The position numbers and the translations under genes are program-made. Positions 17,443 to 27,899 of a DNA stretch of 64,000 bases are shown here, in pieces. Source of the DNA: a virus (lineage: Duplodnaviria; Caudoviricetes); IMG/VR virus record IMGVR_UViG_3300037601_000088, positions 64,001 through 128,000 of that record, one strand, 5' to 3'. The notes beneath the pieces were generated by a model. It was not told the DNA's origin and ran no database searches. It saw nothing but the letters and a program-made list of their open reading frames with translations. Position 1 is the first letter of the stretch; each line of letters opens with the position of its first letter.

Positions 17443-17799
17443 TTATTCGCCTATTAATTCTTGTATTTGTTTTTCAGACATAAGTAAAATATAATTATGA
17501 GCTAAATCTCTATTGATATTATAAATTCTTGCTATGTCATCTATATATTTATCTGCCTTCTGCTTTTTATTCCATTTAAAAGTTCTTCTATTTTTCTTTA
17601 CTGAATGAAAATAATAATCATAATGAAGATCAGCAGAAACAGAATAGTTATTTATTTCATTTGCTAAAAAAATACTATTTTTATAATTACTAAAATATAA
17701 ATCGGTTAAATAACCGCTAAAGGCTTTGTTTTGATCATACTCCTTACTATTAATTGTGTTAATTACTTTAAATGGCGTATCGTTATTTGAATTTGACAT
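17443..17799 (-). CDS. 62: Clamp loader small subunit gp62
   Basis: Synteny 45-44-62-regA; ANEIN...HYDYY..SV.K..R..KW. Confidence 0.85.
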   Translation of the reverse strand: MSNSNNDTPFKVINTINSKEYDQNKAFSGYLTDLYFSNYKNSIFLANEINNYSVSADLHYDYYFHSVKKNRRTFKWNKKQKADKYIDDIARIYNINRDLAHNYILLMSEKQIQELIGE

Positions 17800-18733
17800 C
17801 TACCATTACTTCTGTTAAAAATGCGGCTAAATTAATTTCTTTATTAATGCTATGAGAAGCCTGAAATTGATATTTTGCCAGTAGAATCACCAAATAAGCC
17901 AGGCTTGATTCTTCTACAATATCTGACGCTTCATTATAAAATTTATCAAATATTTCTGTATCTAATATAGAAGAATTATCAGATACCCATTTTCTCATAT
18001 TGTTAAAATCTTGGCCTTTTAGAAAAATCAAAAGCCTACTAAATTCATTACCTATTCTGTTTGAAATCACATCTTTATCTATTTTGCCTAATTTAGACAT
18101 ATGTTGTAATTCCATAAGTATATTACGGAAGTCTAAATTTGATTTTTTGCTTACGATATAATCGGCAACAGACTCTTTATCGAATTCTATATTTTCATTT
18201 TTTAAAATCGATGCTACTACTTTGTAGTATTGTTTCATCAAATTAGGTTTTTCATCATTTCTAATAGAAAAATCAACAAGTGAACATCTGGATTTAATCG
18301 CATCACTCATCATATTGATTTTATTACATGTGAAAATATGACCGCAATTATCGGCATACATTTCAATAAAACCTCGAATAGCATCCTGCGCCTGCTGAGT
18401 GATTCTTTCAGATTCATCCCATATAATATATTTTCTCTTTAAATCAAGAGCCGAGGTCGAGGCAAATGATTGTGCGTTATTTCTTAGATTATCAATATTT
18501 CCATGCATTGACGCATTAATCAATGTATGAGTCGCACCAATATCATTCACCATGGCTAAAGCAGCTGTAGTTTTACCAACACCAGATGAACCATAAAATA
18601 TAAGATTTGTTGAAATTATTTCTTCTTCTATATAAGAAGATAATGCATCTTTAATTCTATTTGGTAAAATACAATCTGATAGTGTATCGGGTCTATATTT
18701 TTCTACCCATACAACATGGTCATTATTCACCAT
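17783..18733 (-). CDS. 44: Clamp loader large subunit gp44
   Basis: WVEKYRP, GVGKTT, INAS, SRC. Confidence 0.95.
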   Translation of the reverse strand: MVNNDHVVWVEKYRPDTLSDCILPNRIKDALSSYIEEEIISTNLIFYGSSGVGKTTAALAMVNDIGATHTLINASMHGNIDNLRNNAQSFASTSALDLKRKYIIWDESERITQQAQDAIRGFIEMYADNCGHIFTCNKINMMSDAIKSRCSLVDFSIRNDEKPNLMKQYYKVVASILKNENIEFDKESVADYIVSKKSNLDFRNILMELQHMSKLGKIDKDVISNRIGNEFSRLLIFLKGQDFNNMRKWVSDNSSILDTEIFDKFYNEASDIVEESSLAYLVILLAKYQFQASHSINKEINLAAFLTEVMVDVKFK

Positions 18734-19409
18734 TATAATATGATCCTTTTTTTACTGGTGCAACCCAATAAATCAAATTGTCACTTGAAAACTTGGAAAT
18801 GCCTTTGAATGATAATTCAACATCATAGTCTTTTTTAATCATATTAAATAAGTTAGTATTAAAAACCATTCTGAAATTCTCATCCGTTTCTCCTACTTTA
18901 ATGGAGAAACTATCACTATGCTCTTTATTATTTGATGAATTTAAACTATCAAACGAGGAGAATATAACATCTTTGCCATCACCAGTAAAACAAATATTGT
19001 TTTGGCTTAATACTGTTGTTCCCCTTAAAACGGAAGATAAGGCACTTTCTTCTAATTTAAAAGATACATCAACAGTAGGAAGTTTATGATCTTTTTCATA
19101 CGAAGGAATATTTATAAGGCTTTTCTTAGTTTGCCTATATGTCGCCTTTCTTCCTTTTTCTTTGAATGTAATTAAATCTGGTTGAACATCTAGTTCAGGA
19201 TCTTCAAAAAGTTTGAAAAGTTGAAGAAATGTCGGAAGATTTCCTATACATATGCTTTCCTCAAATTCATCCTCAACTATTGCTTTGGCCACAATTGAAT
19301 CATTATCAATTGGTTTAATTTTTATTACATTTCCTTTTTCAACATATAAATTAACACTTATGTTTGAAAAAGAATGTAATATTGTTAATGTTTCTTTACT
19401 AATTTTCAT
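18723..19409 (-). CDS. 45: Sliding clamp gp45
   Basis: MKISKETL.IL..F..I, YDVELS..GISKF....LIYWVA; synteny. Confidence 0.92.
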   Translation of the reverse strand: MKISKETLTILHSFSNISVNLYVEKGNVIKIKPIDNDSIVAKAIVEDEFEESICIGNLPTFLQLFKLFEDPELDVQPDLITFKEKGRKATYRQTKKSLINIPSYEKDHKLPTVDVSFKLEESALSSVLRGTTVLSQNNICFTGDGKDVIFSSFDSLNSSNNKEHSDSFSIKVGETDENFRMVFNTNLFNMIKKDYDVELSFKGISKFSSDNLIYWVAPVKKGSYYNGE

Positions 19410-19662
19410 TCTTTTTTTCTTTCAATTTATAACCTTCATCAAAATGATATGCTATACCAATTATAGAAAATATATAGGTAACCCATAACACAATATCTAT
19501 TGACCAATGTAAAAAAGGACCTAAAAACAAAATAAACTTACCAATTAGAAATATTAAAGATATAAAAAATCCAACTTTTAAGCCAATAATTGCAAATCCT
19601 AGTATACTATATGTCAACGTTCCTTTTTTTATTTTAAGGAAATTCAATAATCTTTTTGTCAT
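19399..19662 (-). CDS. Small membrane protein
   Basis: Two hydrophobic segments. Confidence 0.6.
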   Translation of the reverse strand: MTKRLLNFLKIKKGTLTYSILGFAIIGLKVGFFISLIFLIGKFILFLGPFLHWSIDIVLWVTYIFSIIGIAYHFDEGYKLKEKKNEN

Positions 19663-19664
19663 AT

Positions 19665-20507
19665 CTATTTTTTCTTAATTTTGCTTTTATCCGCCGTAGC
19701 TGATGCACCAATTGAAATAAGATGTGGCAATGATCCCTGAAATTTATATGTACCTATATGACCTAGTCTCATCCATGGTACCATATATATGTTTTTACCC
19801 ATGTTTGATACCTTACGGCAAAACCAATAATCCTCAGACAAGTATCTTTTAGATTCCGGATCAATTTCAGTGTGAAAAAATAATCCTATTTCCCTGGATC
19901 CATCGAAATGTTTTTGTCTTACATGATCAGGTAAATATGAAAGCTCCGGATAAAATTCCTTAAATTCTTCGAGAAGCTTTCTATCAAACATCATAAACCC
20001 AGTTCCTGCTTCGGATACTTTAAATGGTTCATCTGTTTTTATTTGTTTGGTATCAGGATGAAAATTAAAAACGTAATCACCCACATAATTGGCTAATTCG
20101 TTTGGATCTTCATCCGCTCTACCTTTATCAACTGCATCTTTAATTTTTTCAAATGCAATTGTTTTCTTTGAATAAGGTGCACATATTACGTCATAATTTT
20201 CATTTGTACACATTAAGTGTGCTAAAACCAAAACATCCATTGGTTCAAACTGAATATCAGCATCAATGAACATAAAGATTTCATAGTCAGTTCTTAAAAA
20301 AGCATCGACAGAATAATTCCGAGCTCTTTGAACAAGTGATTCATTCATTAAAAAGTATGTTTCCAATGGAATTTGGTATTGAGAACATACTCTTTGAAGG
20401 TTAATTAAGCTCTTGGCCGTTTCACCATAACATAGACCACCATACATTGGCATGCCTATGAAAATTTTCTTTTTTCTTAATTCTTCTAATTCTATTTTAA
20501 CTTCCAA
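19665..20507 (-). CDS. GT-A fold glycosyltransferase-like protein
   Basis: PMYGG, ESLVQRARN, FIDADI (DxD), GTGFM, YLSEDYWFC, L.HIG. Confidence 0.8.
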   Translation of the reverse strand: MEVKIELEELRKKKIFIGMPMYGGLCYGETAKSLINLQRVCSQYQIPLETYFLMNESLVQRARNYSVDAFLRTDYEIFMFIDADIQFEPMDVLVLAHLMCTNENYDVICAPYSKKTIAFEKIKDAVDKGRADEDPNELANYVGDYVFNFHPDTKQIKTDEPFKVSEAGTGFMMFDRKLLEEFKEFYPELSYLPDHVRQKHFDGSREIGLFFHTEIDPESKRYLSEDYWFCRKVSNMGKNIYMVPWMRLGHIGTYKFQGSLPHLISIGASATADKSKIKKK

Positions 20508-20513
20508 TTATAT

Positions 20514-20894
20514 TCATTCCTCTTTAAATAATCCTTCGGGTTCGTATTCAATAATATCGGCAATTTGGTCAAATGTAAGACCTTCATCATTTAATACAGT
20601 TAATCTATAATATGAATTATATAAACAAAACAAACCTTCACTTTCTTTAAATCCATAGTAATCCATTACTTCAGCAGGCAAAACTGAATATTTATTCAAA
20701 TAATAGTGTTTATTGCCATAACCGATAAATTTAAATTCATCTAATTTTGAAATTTCACAAGCAACTCCTAAACAACAAAATGAATCAAACAGTTTTAGTT
20801 TTCCTCGAGTTTGTTCATATTCACCTGATCGCAATGCTTCTACGAGTTCTTTACGGTGTTGTTTCTGTTGTTCTAATGTGTAAGTCATAATCAA
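20514..20894 (-). CDS. Hypothetical protein
   Basis: ALRSGEYEQ.RG.L....FCCLGVAC, LNDEG.TF.QIADIIE. Confidence 0.7.
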   Translation of the reverse strand: MIMTYTLEQQKQHRKELVEALRSGEYEQTRGKLKLFDSFCCLGVACEISKLDEFKFIGYGNKHYYLNKYSVLPAEVMDYYGFKESEGLFCLYNSYYRLTVLNDEGLTFDQIADIIEYEPEGLFKEE

Positions 20895-20903
20895 AAACTT
20901 TCT

Positions 20904-21374
20904 TTAAAAATAATAAACGTGAAATTTTATTCTAAAAATATTTTGTAAATCTATCAATATAGATGAAATTATATTCCAATCACCACCAGCTAAGCCAGCT
21001 CCAATTTTTGGAATTGATATAATAGAATTTTCCTTAATATTATTATCAATAATAAATCGTTCAAGACTGGTTCGTAAAGCAGTATAAACGATGCGGACAT
21101 TTCCATCATACCCATAATCATATTGAGTGAAAAGATTGCCTATAATTAAATTATCTTTTTTGTAAGTAATGTGTTGACCCAATAATTTATAATCATCGTC
21201 AAAAGTAGAAACAAAATATGAATATTTTTCATAACATTCAGGATATAAATCCCGAACATATTTAGCAAACCCTGAACCCATTTTACCCATACAATTACAT
21301 CCATGTGCAATAATATTGGGATTATCATCAAACAGATTCTTATTAATCATTTCTAATTCATTAAATTTATCCAT
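20904..21374 (-). CDS. Macro-domain ADP-ribose-processing protein (Tk.4-like)
   Basis: IAHGCNC.G.MGSGFA, NLFTQ, PKIGAGLAGGDW. Confidence 0.9.
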   Translation of the reverse strand: MDKFNELEMINKNLFDDNPNIIAHGCNCMGKMGSGFAKYVRDLYPECYEKYSYFVSTFDDDYKLLGQHITYKKDNLIIGNLFTQYDYGYDGNVRIVYTALRTSLERFIIDNNIKENSIISIPKIGAGLAGGDWNIISSILIDLQNIFRIKFHVYYF

Positions 21375-21376
21375 GA

Positions 21377-21574
21377 TTAAAGCCTGTCGAAAAAATCTTT
21401 AACTAATTCCCGAATTGATGGAATTTCAGAGCTATCAATATTAAATTCTTCAAATAAACCTTCGATACTCATAAGAAATTCATCGGCATCATTTCTTACT
21501 GCTTCTTCATCAATAGGGTCATCATGTTGATAATTGAAAAAAAGATCACTAATATATCCGTTAACTCGTCGCAT
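21377..21574 (-). CDS. Small acidic hypothetical protein
   Basis: Packed ORF. Confidence 0.55.
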   Translation of the reverse strand: MRRVNGYISDLFFNYQHDDPIDEEAVRNDADEFLMSIEGLFEEFNIDSSEIPSIRELVKDFFDRL

Positions 21575-21989
21575 TTTTCTTTCTCCATTTTTCAGTTTTT
21601 TTCAATGCTCTATCTTTTTGAAGTTTGGATACTCTATCAAAAAAACCAATACCTTCAAGCCGATCAACACATATTTGCATTAATGCAGCAGTCATACCAC
21701 TATATCTGTGTGTTTGTACATCACCGTTTGGTGTAGTAAAACGAATGCGTATAGTTTCTGATCTTTTTACTTTTAAATCTATCTCAGGATAATCAGGATC
21801 TTGTTCAATCGAATAAATTATATCATCAGAGGTATAAACTATTTTAGGGTCTTTAGCAATGATAATTGGTTTTGAATTTATGGCAAATCTATTATTTTCC
21901 TTATCCACTACATAATTATAGCCGTTTGTTTGTACCTCTATACAAAGGTCTGCTATGTCCTGTGGTATTTCTTCTTTATTGAACTTCAT
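21561..21989 (-). CDS. Peptide deformylase-like protein lacking catalytic motifs
   Basis: LKVKR..TIRIRF.TPNG...SGMTA..MQICVDRLEG aligns with the QHExDHLxG region but the His residues are lost. Confidence 0.65.
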   Translation of the reverse strand: MKFNKEEIPQDIADLCIEVQTNGYNYVVDKENNRFAINSKPIIIAKDPKIVYTSDDIIYSIEQDPDYPEIDLKVKRSETIRIRFTTPNGDVQTHRYSGMTAALMQICVDRLEGIGFFDRVSKLQKDRALKKTEKWRKKNATS

Positions 21990-23652
21990 ATTCTGAGAAA
22001 CCTTTTATTTTTTCAACTTTAATTGTTCTATCAAAAATGGTATGAGATTTGATATCAGGATTATGTGAGATAAAGATATTATTAATTCCCTCGACTGACC
22101 CAATACAATCCAAAACGCTATTAACATTATCAGAATCAATATTATCGACTAATTCATCTATAATTAACAAATCACAATTAATATTATTGTTCATCTGAGT
22201 AATATGACGAAAAGCCAATAAAATTGCAAGATTAATTCTACTTTTCTCACCCTCTGAGAAAGAATTATATGAAAATTTATCCCTATACCGAGATTTTATA
22301 GTCTCATTAAATTGGCTATCTAACTCAAAGCTTATGAAAAGATTGAATTTTTCTAGATAAGAATTGATAATGTTATTAAAAATAGGAATATAATTATCAA
22401 TTAGAACAGACTTAATGCCATCATCTTTCATCATTGTTATTGCTACATTAAGATTATCTCTTTCTTTTCTATTTTCTGAAAGAGATAGATTAAGTTCTTT
22501 GATTTCTTTATTAACTTCCTTTAATTTTTTATCGATACCTTCATCTTTTTGCTCTTCTTTTTCCTGAAGTTCTTGATAAGAGTCAACTTTATCTTTTAAA
22601 TCATTTATTTTTTCATTAAGAAATTTTTGATTAGATTCCAATGAATGTATTTTTTGAAGAAAATTTTCATATTTTTCAATCACTCTCTCATTTTCTTCAA
22701 TTTTACTTTTAAATTCATCTGATTTTTCACGCCATACTTTTTCTAAATCATCATTAGCCTTATAGAATTTTTCTCTATAATCATCCGAAATATCCTGATG
22801 ACATTTTTCACATTTGCCTTCATCAATAGTTTCTTTTTGTTTCGAATAATATTTAACTTTAGAAAAGGCATCTAAATATTTTGTTTTATAATCTTCTTTT
22901 TCAACTTTAAACTTTTTTATATCAAACCCGTCTATTTTTTCTTTTTTGCTTAATAATTTCTCGTTATTAAGTTTAAAAGTTTCTTCACACTCTTTAATTT
23001 GTTGATTTAAATCATCTATTTTTTCAGAATAGTCGTTTTTTTCAGAAGAAGACGTATTTTGACTATTCAAATAGTCGATCATGTCTTTTTTAGAATCTAA
23101 TTTTACTGTAAGTGTTTGTATATCCGATTTCACATTTGACAAAGACTTTTTGAAATCTTCTGTTATCTTAGAAAAAACAGAAAGATCTAATAAGTGCTCG
23201 ATTACTTCGCGCCGCTGTGGTGTGGATAATTTCATAAACGGTGTAAAAGCGGCCGATCCTAATATGACTATTTGGGAGAAAGTTTTGAAATTAAAACCAA
23301 GTATTTCCTCTAAATGAGATTGGTATGACTTGACATCTGTTTGTTCTATAAGATCTTGATTTTTATAAATTTCAAATTTATTTGGGTTTGTTTGTCTTAT
23401 AACCTTATAGTCATTAAAATGAACTTCACAGTATAGCTTTTTCTTATTAATTGAATTAACTATTTGAGCTTTGTTAATATCTCTGTATGTTCGACCAAAA
23501 AGCCCATATGACAAACCATCAATAATTGCTGATTTACCGGAACCAGAATCACCAAAAATGATGGTATTTTGTACAGAATCAAAATCTATTTCTAAGGGAG
23601 ATGCGCCTATACTTAAAAAATTTTTAAGAATTAGCTTTTTAAATGCTATCAT
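21976..23652 (-). CDS. 46: Recombination endonuclease ATPase subunit gp46
   Basis: KNFLSIG, GSGKS, CEKC hook, FSEGEK, IIDE, ISH. Confidence 0.95.
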   Translation of the reverse strand: MIAFKKLILKNFLSIGASPLEIDFDSVQNTIIFGDSGSGKSAIIDGLSYGLFGRTYRDINKAQIVNSINKKKLYCEVHFNDYKVIRQTNPNKFEIYKNQDLIEQTDVKSYQSHLEEILGFNFKTFSQIVILGSAAFTPFMKLSTPQRREVIEHLLDLSVFSKITEDFKKSLSNVKSDIQTLTVKLDSKKDMIDYLNSQNTSSSEKNDYSEKIDDLNQQIKECEETFKLNNEKLLSKKEKIDGFDIKKFKVEKEDYKTKYLDAFSKVKYYSKQKETIDEGKCEKCHQDISDDYREKFYKANDDLEKVWREKSDEFKSKIEENERVIEKYENFLQKIHSLESNQKFLNEKINDLKDKVDSYQELQEKEEQKDEGIDKKLKEVNKEIKELNLSLSENRKERDNLNVAITMMKDDGIKSVLIDNYIPIFNNIINSYLEKFNLFISFELDSQFNETIKSRYRDKFSYNSFSEGEKSRINLAILLAFRHITQMNNNINCDLLIIDELVDNIDSDNVNSVLDCIGSVEGINNIFISHNPDIKSHTIFDRTIKVEKIKGFSEYEVQ

Positions 23653-24659
23653 ACAGAATACTCATTATATTTTTTGATTATCATATTATAAATGATATCT
23701 TGCTCAATTTCTTCTTGTGAATAAACATATGTTTTAATGATATCATGAATTGGAATATCAATGACTTCATCAGAAGATCTTAATGTTGGATTTTTATACT
23801 TATTCACTGAAATTTGAACACCATAACATAATTCTTCCAACTTTTGAATTGCTTTTTCTTGTTTTTTCTCTTCCAATTTTTCAAGATTAAAGACTTTTAT
23901 ATAACAGTCCTTATAGTATTCTATATCAAATTGTTCATTCTCTTTAGAGAAATCAATATATTTAAAAATGTCATATGGATTATGTATAAACTCGATTTCA
24001 TAGGTTTCTGTATCAAATATGTAAAAGCCTTTAGGATCTTCAACATCGGCCCAGGTTTGTTGTGTGGGCGAGCCTAAATAATGAATAGAACCGCGACTTT
24101 GCCTTGAATGATAATGGCCTGAAAATACTTTTTCAAATTTATCAAGTATTTTCGGCGGCATTCCGTGTTTAGCAACCTGATATTTGTTAAGGTTAAATCC
24201 CTTTAATTCGAAGTGACCCATACAAACAGAATCATTTGAATTTTTGATCAAATTCTGACATTCTTTAAAATTATGTTTGTCTATCCAAGGAATAAAAGTA
24301 ATTCCACCCTCAGACATAGGTTTATCAATAATTGAAATAGCATCATTACATAATAAATTTGGACTATTTACATAATTATCGCCATTAAAATATTGATCAT
24401 GATTTCCTAAAAGAAGATACATCTGAAGTTCATATTCATATAATTTCTTAAAGAAATATTCATTCGCTCTATATAAGGTATAAATGTCTATTTTTTTTCG
24501 TGAATGAAAAAGATCTCCTAAATTTATAATCTCTGAGATTTTTCTCTTTTTTAATTCTGGAAAAAATATTTCGCTAAAAAACTTTTCCATATTATCATGA
24601 AATCTAGGTGAATCACCTCGTACACCAAAGTGAATGTCAGATATTAAAGCAACCTTCAT
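23649..24659 (-). CDS. 47: Recombination endonuclease nuclease subunit gp47
   Basis: SDIHFG, LGDLF, GNHD, GHFE, SGHYH. Confidence 0.95.
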   Translation of the reverse strand: MKVALISDIHFGVRGDSPRFHDNMEKFFSEIFFPELKKRKISEIINLGDLFHSRKKIDIYTLYRANEYFFKKLYEYELQMYLLLGNHDQYFNGDNYVNSPNLLCNDAISIIDKPMSEGGITFIPWIDKHNFKECQNLIKNSNDSVCMGHFELKGFNLNKYQVAKHGMPPKILDKFEKVFSGHYHSRQSRGSIHYLGSPTQQTWADVEDPKGFYIFDTETYEIEFIHNPYDIFKYIDFSKENEQFDIEYYKDCYIKVFNLEKLEEKKQEKAIQKLEELCYGVQISVNKYKNPTLRSSDEVIDIPIHDIIKTYVYSQEEIEQDIIYNMIIKKYNEYSV

Positions 24660-24805
24660 TAAGAATATCTTTTAATTATTTCATTACATTTATCGCGAAT
24701 AAAAACCAGGCGTGATATTAAAGTAGCTCTTAAGCCTGGGTTTCTTTCTTTTTTAACTTGTTCGATTAGGTCAGCCACTGGAGCTGGTAGATAATTATGA
24801 CTCAT
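24659..24805 (-). CDS. 48-aa small protein (MSHNYLPAPVADL...RLVFIRDKC)
   Basis: Hand-translated; fills the gap between gene 55 and gene 47 with overlaps at both ends. Confidence 0.55.
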   Translation of the reverse strand: MSHNYLPAPVADLIEQVKKERNPGLRATLISRLVFIRDKCNEIIKRYS

Positions 24806-25331
24806 TTTCTTCTTCTAAAAATTGATCTAAATTATTGGATACTTTTTTAGCCTTTTCTGTTTTCTTTTTTTCAAACTTCTTTTCCAAATCACTTCTCTCA
24901 TAACCATCTGATAAATCAGGCGGTTCTTCACCATTACATATCAAAAGATGGATTTCATTATGCATTTGCTTATATTTTATATAACTTTGTTTATGCTCTT
25001 GATTAATGCGATTAATAAATGCATTATGTATTATTTGCGTAAAATAAGCAAACGGGTTTGGATTTTCTCTGTAAATATCATATTTTTTATCTCTTAAAGC
25101 TTTAATGCAGCTTACAAGAGCGTCATCTTTCATTTCATCTAAGTAAGAATATCCAGCAAATTTGCCTTTTTTACCATAGTTATCTATGATTTGTAAAATG
25201 CCGATTGCTATGAAATTTGGTATTTCATCTTCTTCTGATTCATACCATTCAGAAAGTCTCTTATGAAGTTCAGGACCAGATATATAATCTCTATCTTTAT
25301 TTCTTCTTTGTCTTTTTTTCTTTATTTCCAA
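24795..25331 (-). CDS. 55: Late-transcription sigma factor gp55
   Basis: F.GYSY.DEM..DA...C, NPFAYFTQIIHNAF..RI..E.KQ..IK. Confidence 0.93.
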   Translation of the reverse strand: MEIKKKRQRRNKDRDYISGPELHKRLSEWYESEEDEIPNFIAIGILQIIDNYGKKGKFAGYSYLDEMKDDALVSCIKALRDKKYDIYRENPNPFAYFTQIIHNAFINRINQEHKQSYIKYKQMHNEIHLLICNGEEPPDLSDGYERSDLEKKFEKKKTEKAKKVSNNLDQFLEEENES

Positions 25332-25771
25332 TTTTTATTTTTTCTTCCTAGATTTGCTAAATTATCTGCCCTTTCATTCATGTAATGGCCATCATGACCT
25401 TTCACCCATTTCCAATTTATTTCATGTAAATTATTCAAACGATCTAATTCAATCCATAAATCTTTATTTTTAACGTCTTTCTTTTGAGATGTTTTCCAAT
25501 TACTTTTTTTCCATTTTTGGATCCAATTGGATACACCATTTTTTAAATATTTTGAATCTGTGTATAATATTACATTACATTTTCTTTTAAGTAAACATAA
25601 ACCTTTTATGGCAGATAATAATTCCATTCTATTATTGGTCGTATCTTCTTCACCACCATAAATTTCTTTCTTTTTATTTTTATACTTTAAAATTGCAGCC
25701 CATCCGCCATCTCCAGGGTTAGGACTGCATGAACCGTCTGTCCATATATAAACCATTGATTTATTTGTCAT
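25322..25771 (-). CDS. rnhA: Ribonuclease HI
   Basis: TDGSC.PNPG.GGW, TTNNRMEL, TDSKY, VKNKDLW, WVKGH, NERAD. Confidence 0.95.
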   Translation of the reverse strand: MTNKSMVYIWTDGSCSPNPGDGGWAAILKYKNKKKEIYGGEEDTTNNRMELLSAIKGLCLLKRKCNVILYTDSKYLKNGVSNWIQKWKKSNWKTSQKKDVKNKDLWIELDRLNNLHEINWKWVKGHDGHYMNERADNLANLGRKNKNWK

Positions 25772-25789
25772 ATTTTTACAATTCGCGTT

Positions 25790-26397
25790 TTTAGATCCTA
25801 TTCAACTTATCAAGACGTAATCTCACACAAGTAAAAAAAGAATTAATTTAATCTTAAAATAGATATAACACGTAAAACATAATAAAGGATCTAAATTATT
25901 CTCTGAAAAAATTAATCAGTGAGAACTGTCCTTTAATAACGTATCCATATGACGGTACGTCACTCTATCTGAATCCTTCTATACCTCAGCTGCCGATTTT
26001 CCGCTGGCCAAACGTCCCACCCCTTTTTACTAAAAGAGAAAAAATTTTTAAATGTGATAAATTAGCTGAGTTACTTTTATGCTCTATAGAGAAGAAACAT
26101 AAAACGGTCGCCTAGCCGAAAGGAAACCATAGTTTGGAGACTGGTAAACTATCAAACCCGCTCAACATTTTATTAGATCTAGACAGACCCGAATAGAGAA
26201 ATGTATTCGTAAAAACTATTCTTTTTATTTAAAAAATTTCTTTTTCTCTTTAAATAAAGCGGGAACCTCCGAGCAGACCTTTAATTTAAAGAAATAAGTG
26301 TTACCTTTTTAAACCTAATTTTTAGCAGTTAAAAGTTTCAGTTATCTGGATTACTCTTCTATCACTATGATAGAAATTGCTTGTCTTATTAGTCAAT
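25790..26397 (-). ncRNA. Putative ~600-nt structured RNA or R-loop origin region
   Basis: No ORF of 60 aa or more; many inverted repeats; own promoter at 26403-26431. Confidence 0.45.
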
Positions 26398-26402
26398 TTT
26401 TC

Positions 26403-26431
26403 TATATAAGATATAAAAATATATTTGTAAA
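26403..26431 (-). promoter_or_regulatory. Early-type promoter
   Basis: GTTTACA-N17-TATATA. Confidence 0.6.
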
Positions 26432-26444
26432 CACTAAAAATGAA

Positions 26445-27899
26445 TTATTTTAGGTCATATGAATGATATTCAACTTCAAATTCTTCTCTTTCATAAAGAG
26501 CAAGTCTTTGTTTGCCATGTTTAAGAGCATAATTATCTCTTTTCTTATATTTCATATTGTCTATAATGTCATGAATTTTAACAGTATCTTTCCCTTCAGC
26601 TAATCTTAAACCTCTACCAATAAGCTGAGGTACTTGTATTTCACTTTTCATTGGAGCTGCGATAATAACATGATTAATTCTAGGTATATTAATACCTTCA
26701 GAAAATGTACCCATTGAAACAACACCTACTATATTATTTCCGGTTCCCATCCATTTTTGATATTCAGAACGTCTCTCAACACTTATAGATCCATCAATAT
26801 AGAATCTTTCCTTATTTGTGAAGCATTGATAAATTGCATTTCCATGTTCCCTATTTCTGAAGGCAACAATTATATTTCCATCAAGTGTTTCAATTAAACG
26901 TCCCAAAAACTTGAGTCTTTTTTTACTTTCTGATATAATTGAGAATTCGTCTTTCCAATCAACTTTATTTTTTGCTATCATTCTATTAAATCTTTCTGGA
27001 TAATTTAATAGAATTGCATTAATTTTTGGTCTTGCGACAATGCCTTTATCAATTAGTTGTTTAGTTGTGGCTAGTCTTTTTGCTGGCCCAAACAAACCTT
27101 CCAATGTCAATTTATGTGTTTCAATATCTTTAATTGTTCCAGTAAAACCATGACGATACTTGATTTTTTTGCATTTTTTAAGTAGTGACGCACATATTTT
27201 AGCATCCCATCTATGAACTTCGTCGGCCATAATAACGTCAAATTGTTCAAACCATTTCGGCTGTTTATTCTTTATTGATTGCCATGTTGAGGCAACTATT
27301 TGAGCTTTTGAATTTTTTTCTTTACCAGAAAAAATGGTATGTGATGTAAAGGAATTTTTATTTTTATCATACTCATTTTTGAAATTATCTTCAATTAATT
27401 GATCAACTAAACCAGCTCTATGAGCAACAATTAATATTCTCTTTTTCTTTTCTATGTAATATCTTGATAGACCATAAAGAAGATATGATTTACCATTTGA
27501 TGTAGGAAGTATAGAAATATTTCTTTTTGAATTAATACAATCAACAAAGGCCTCTACCTGTTCATCATGAGGAATAAAAGGTCCTTCTATTTTTTTATAA
27601 AATTTATATACAAAATCTTCATCGATTAATTCTTCATCAGAAAATAAATTATCATCTAATTCTATACCAATTTTTTTATTTTCACAAAATTGTATTATCA
27701 TTGGTATCAGACCTTTATAAATTAAGCCATTTGATACATTCAATAAACGAATTTTACCGTCCCAAATACGTTCTCTATATTTTGGTGAAAATTTATAGTT
27801 TTCGGCATAGAACGTGAAAAATTCTGATATCTCTAATAAATAACCTCTGTCACCTTTTAGCTTACAGTGGACTTCATCAAACTGTTCTATTCGTAACAA
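26445..27899 (-). CDS. uvsW: UvsW RNA-DNA/DNA helicase
   Basis: WDGKIRL, PTSNGKS, STWQS, DEVH, GFTGT, FSEGINI, Q.IGRGLR; TTG start. Confidence 0.95.
   Translation of the reverse strand: MLRIEQFDEVHCKLKGDRGYLLEISEFFTFYAENYKFSPKYRERIWDGKIRLLNVSNGLIYKGLIPMIIQFCENKKIGIELDDNLFSDEELIDEDFVYKFYKKIEGPFIPHDEQVEAFVDCINSKRNISILPTSNGKSYLLYGLSRYYIEKKKRILIVAHRAGLVDQLIEDNFKNEYDKNKNSFTSHTIFSGKEKNSKAQIVASTWQSIKNKQPKWFEQFDVIMADEVHRWDAKICASLLKKCKKIKYRHGFTGTIKDIETHKLTLEGLFGPAKRLATTKQLIDKGIVARPKINAILLNYPERFNRMIAKNKVDWKDEFSIISESKKRLKFLGRLIETLDGNIIVAFRNREHGNAIYQCFTNKERFYIDGSISVERRSEYQKWMGTGNNIVGVVSMGTFSEGINIPRINHVIIAAPMKSEIQVPQLIGRGLRLAEGKDTVKIHDIIDNMKYKKRDNYALKHGKQRLALYEREEFEVEYHSYDLK

Noticed and set aside
24703-24742. 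CCAGGC/GCCTGG hairpin as a terminator
   Set aside because: Large loop, and it lies inside the 48-aa ORF linking genes 55 and 47.
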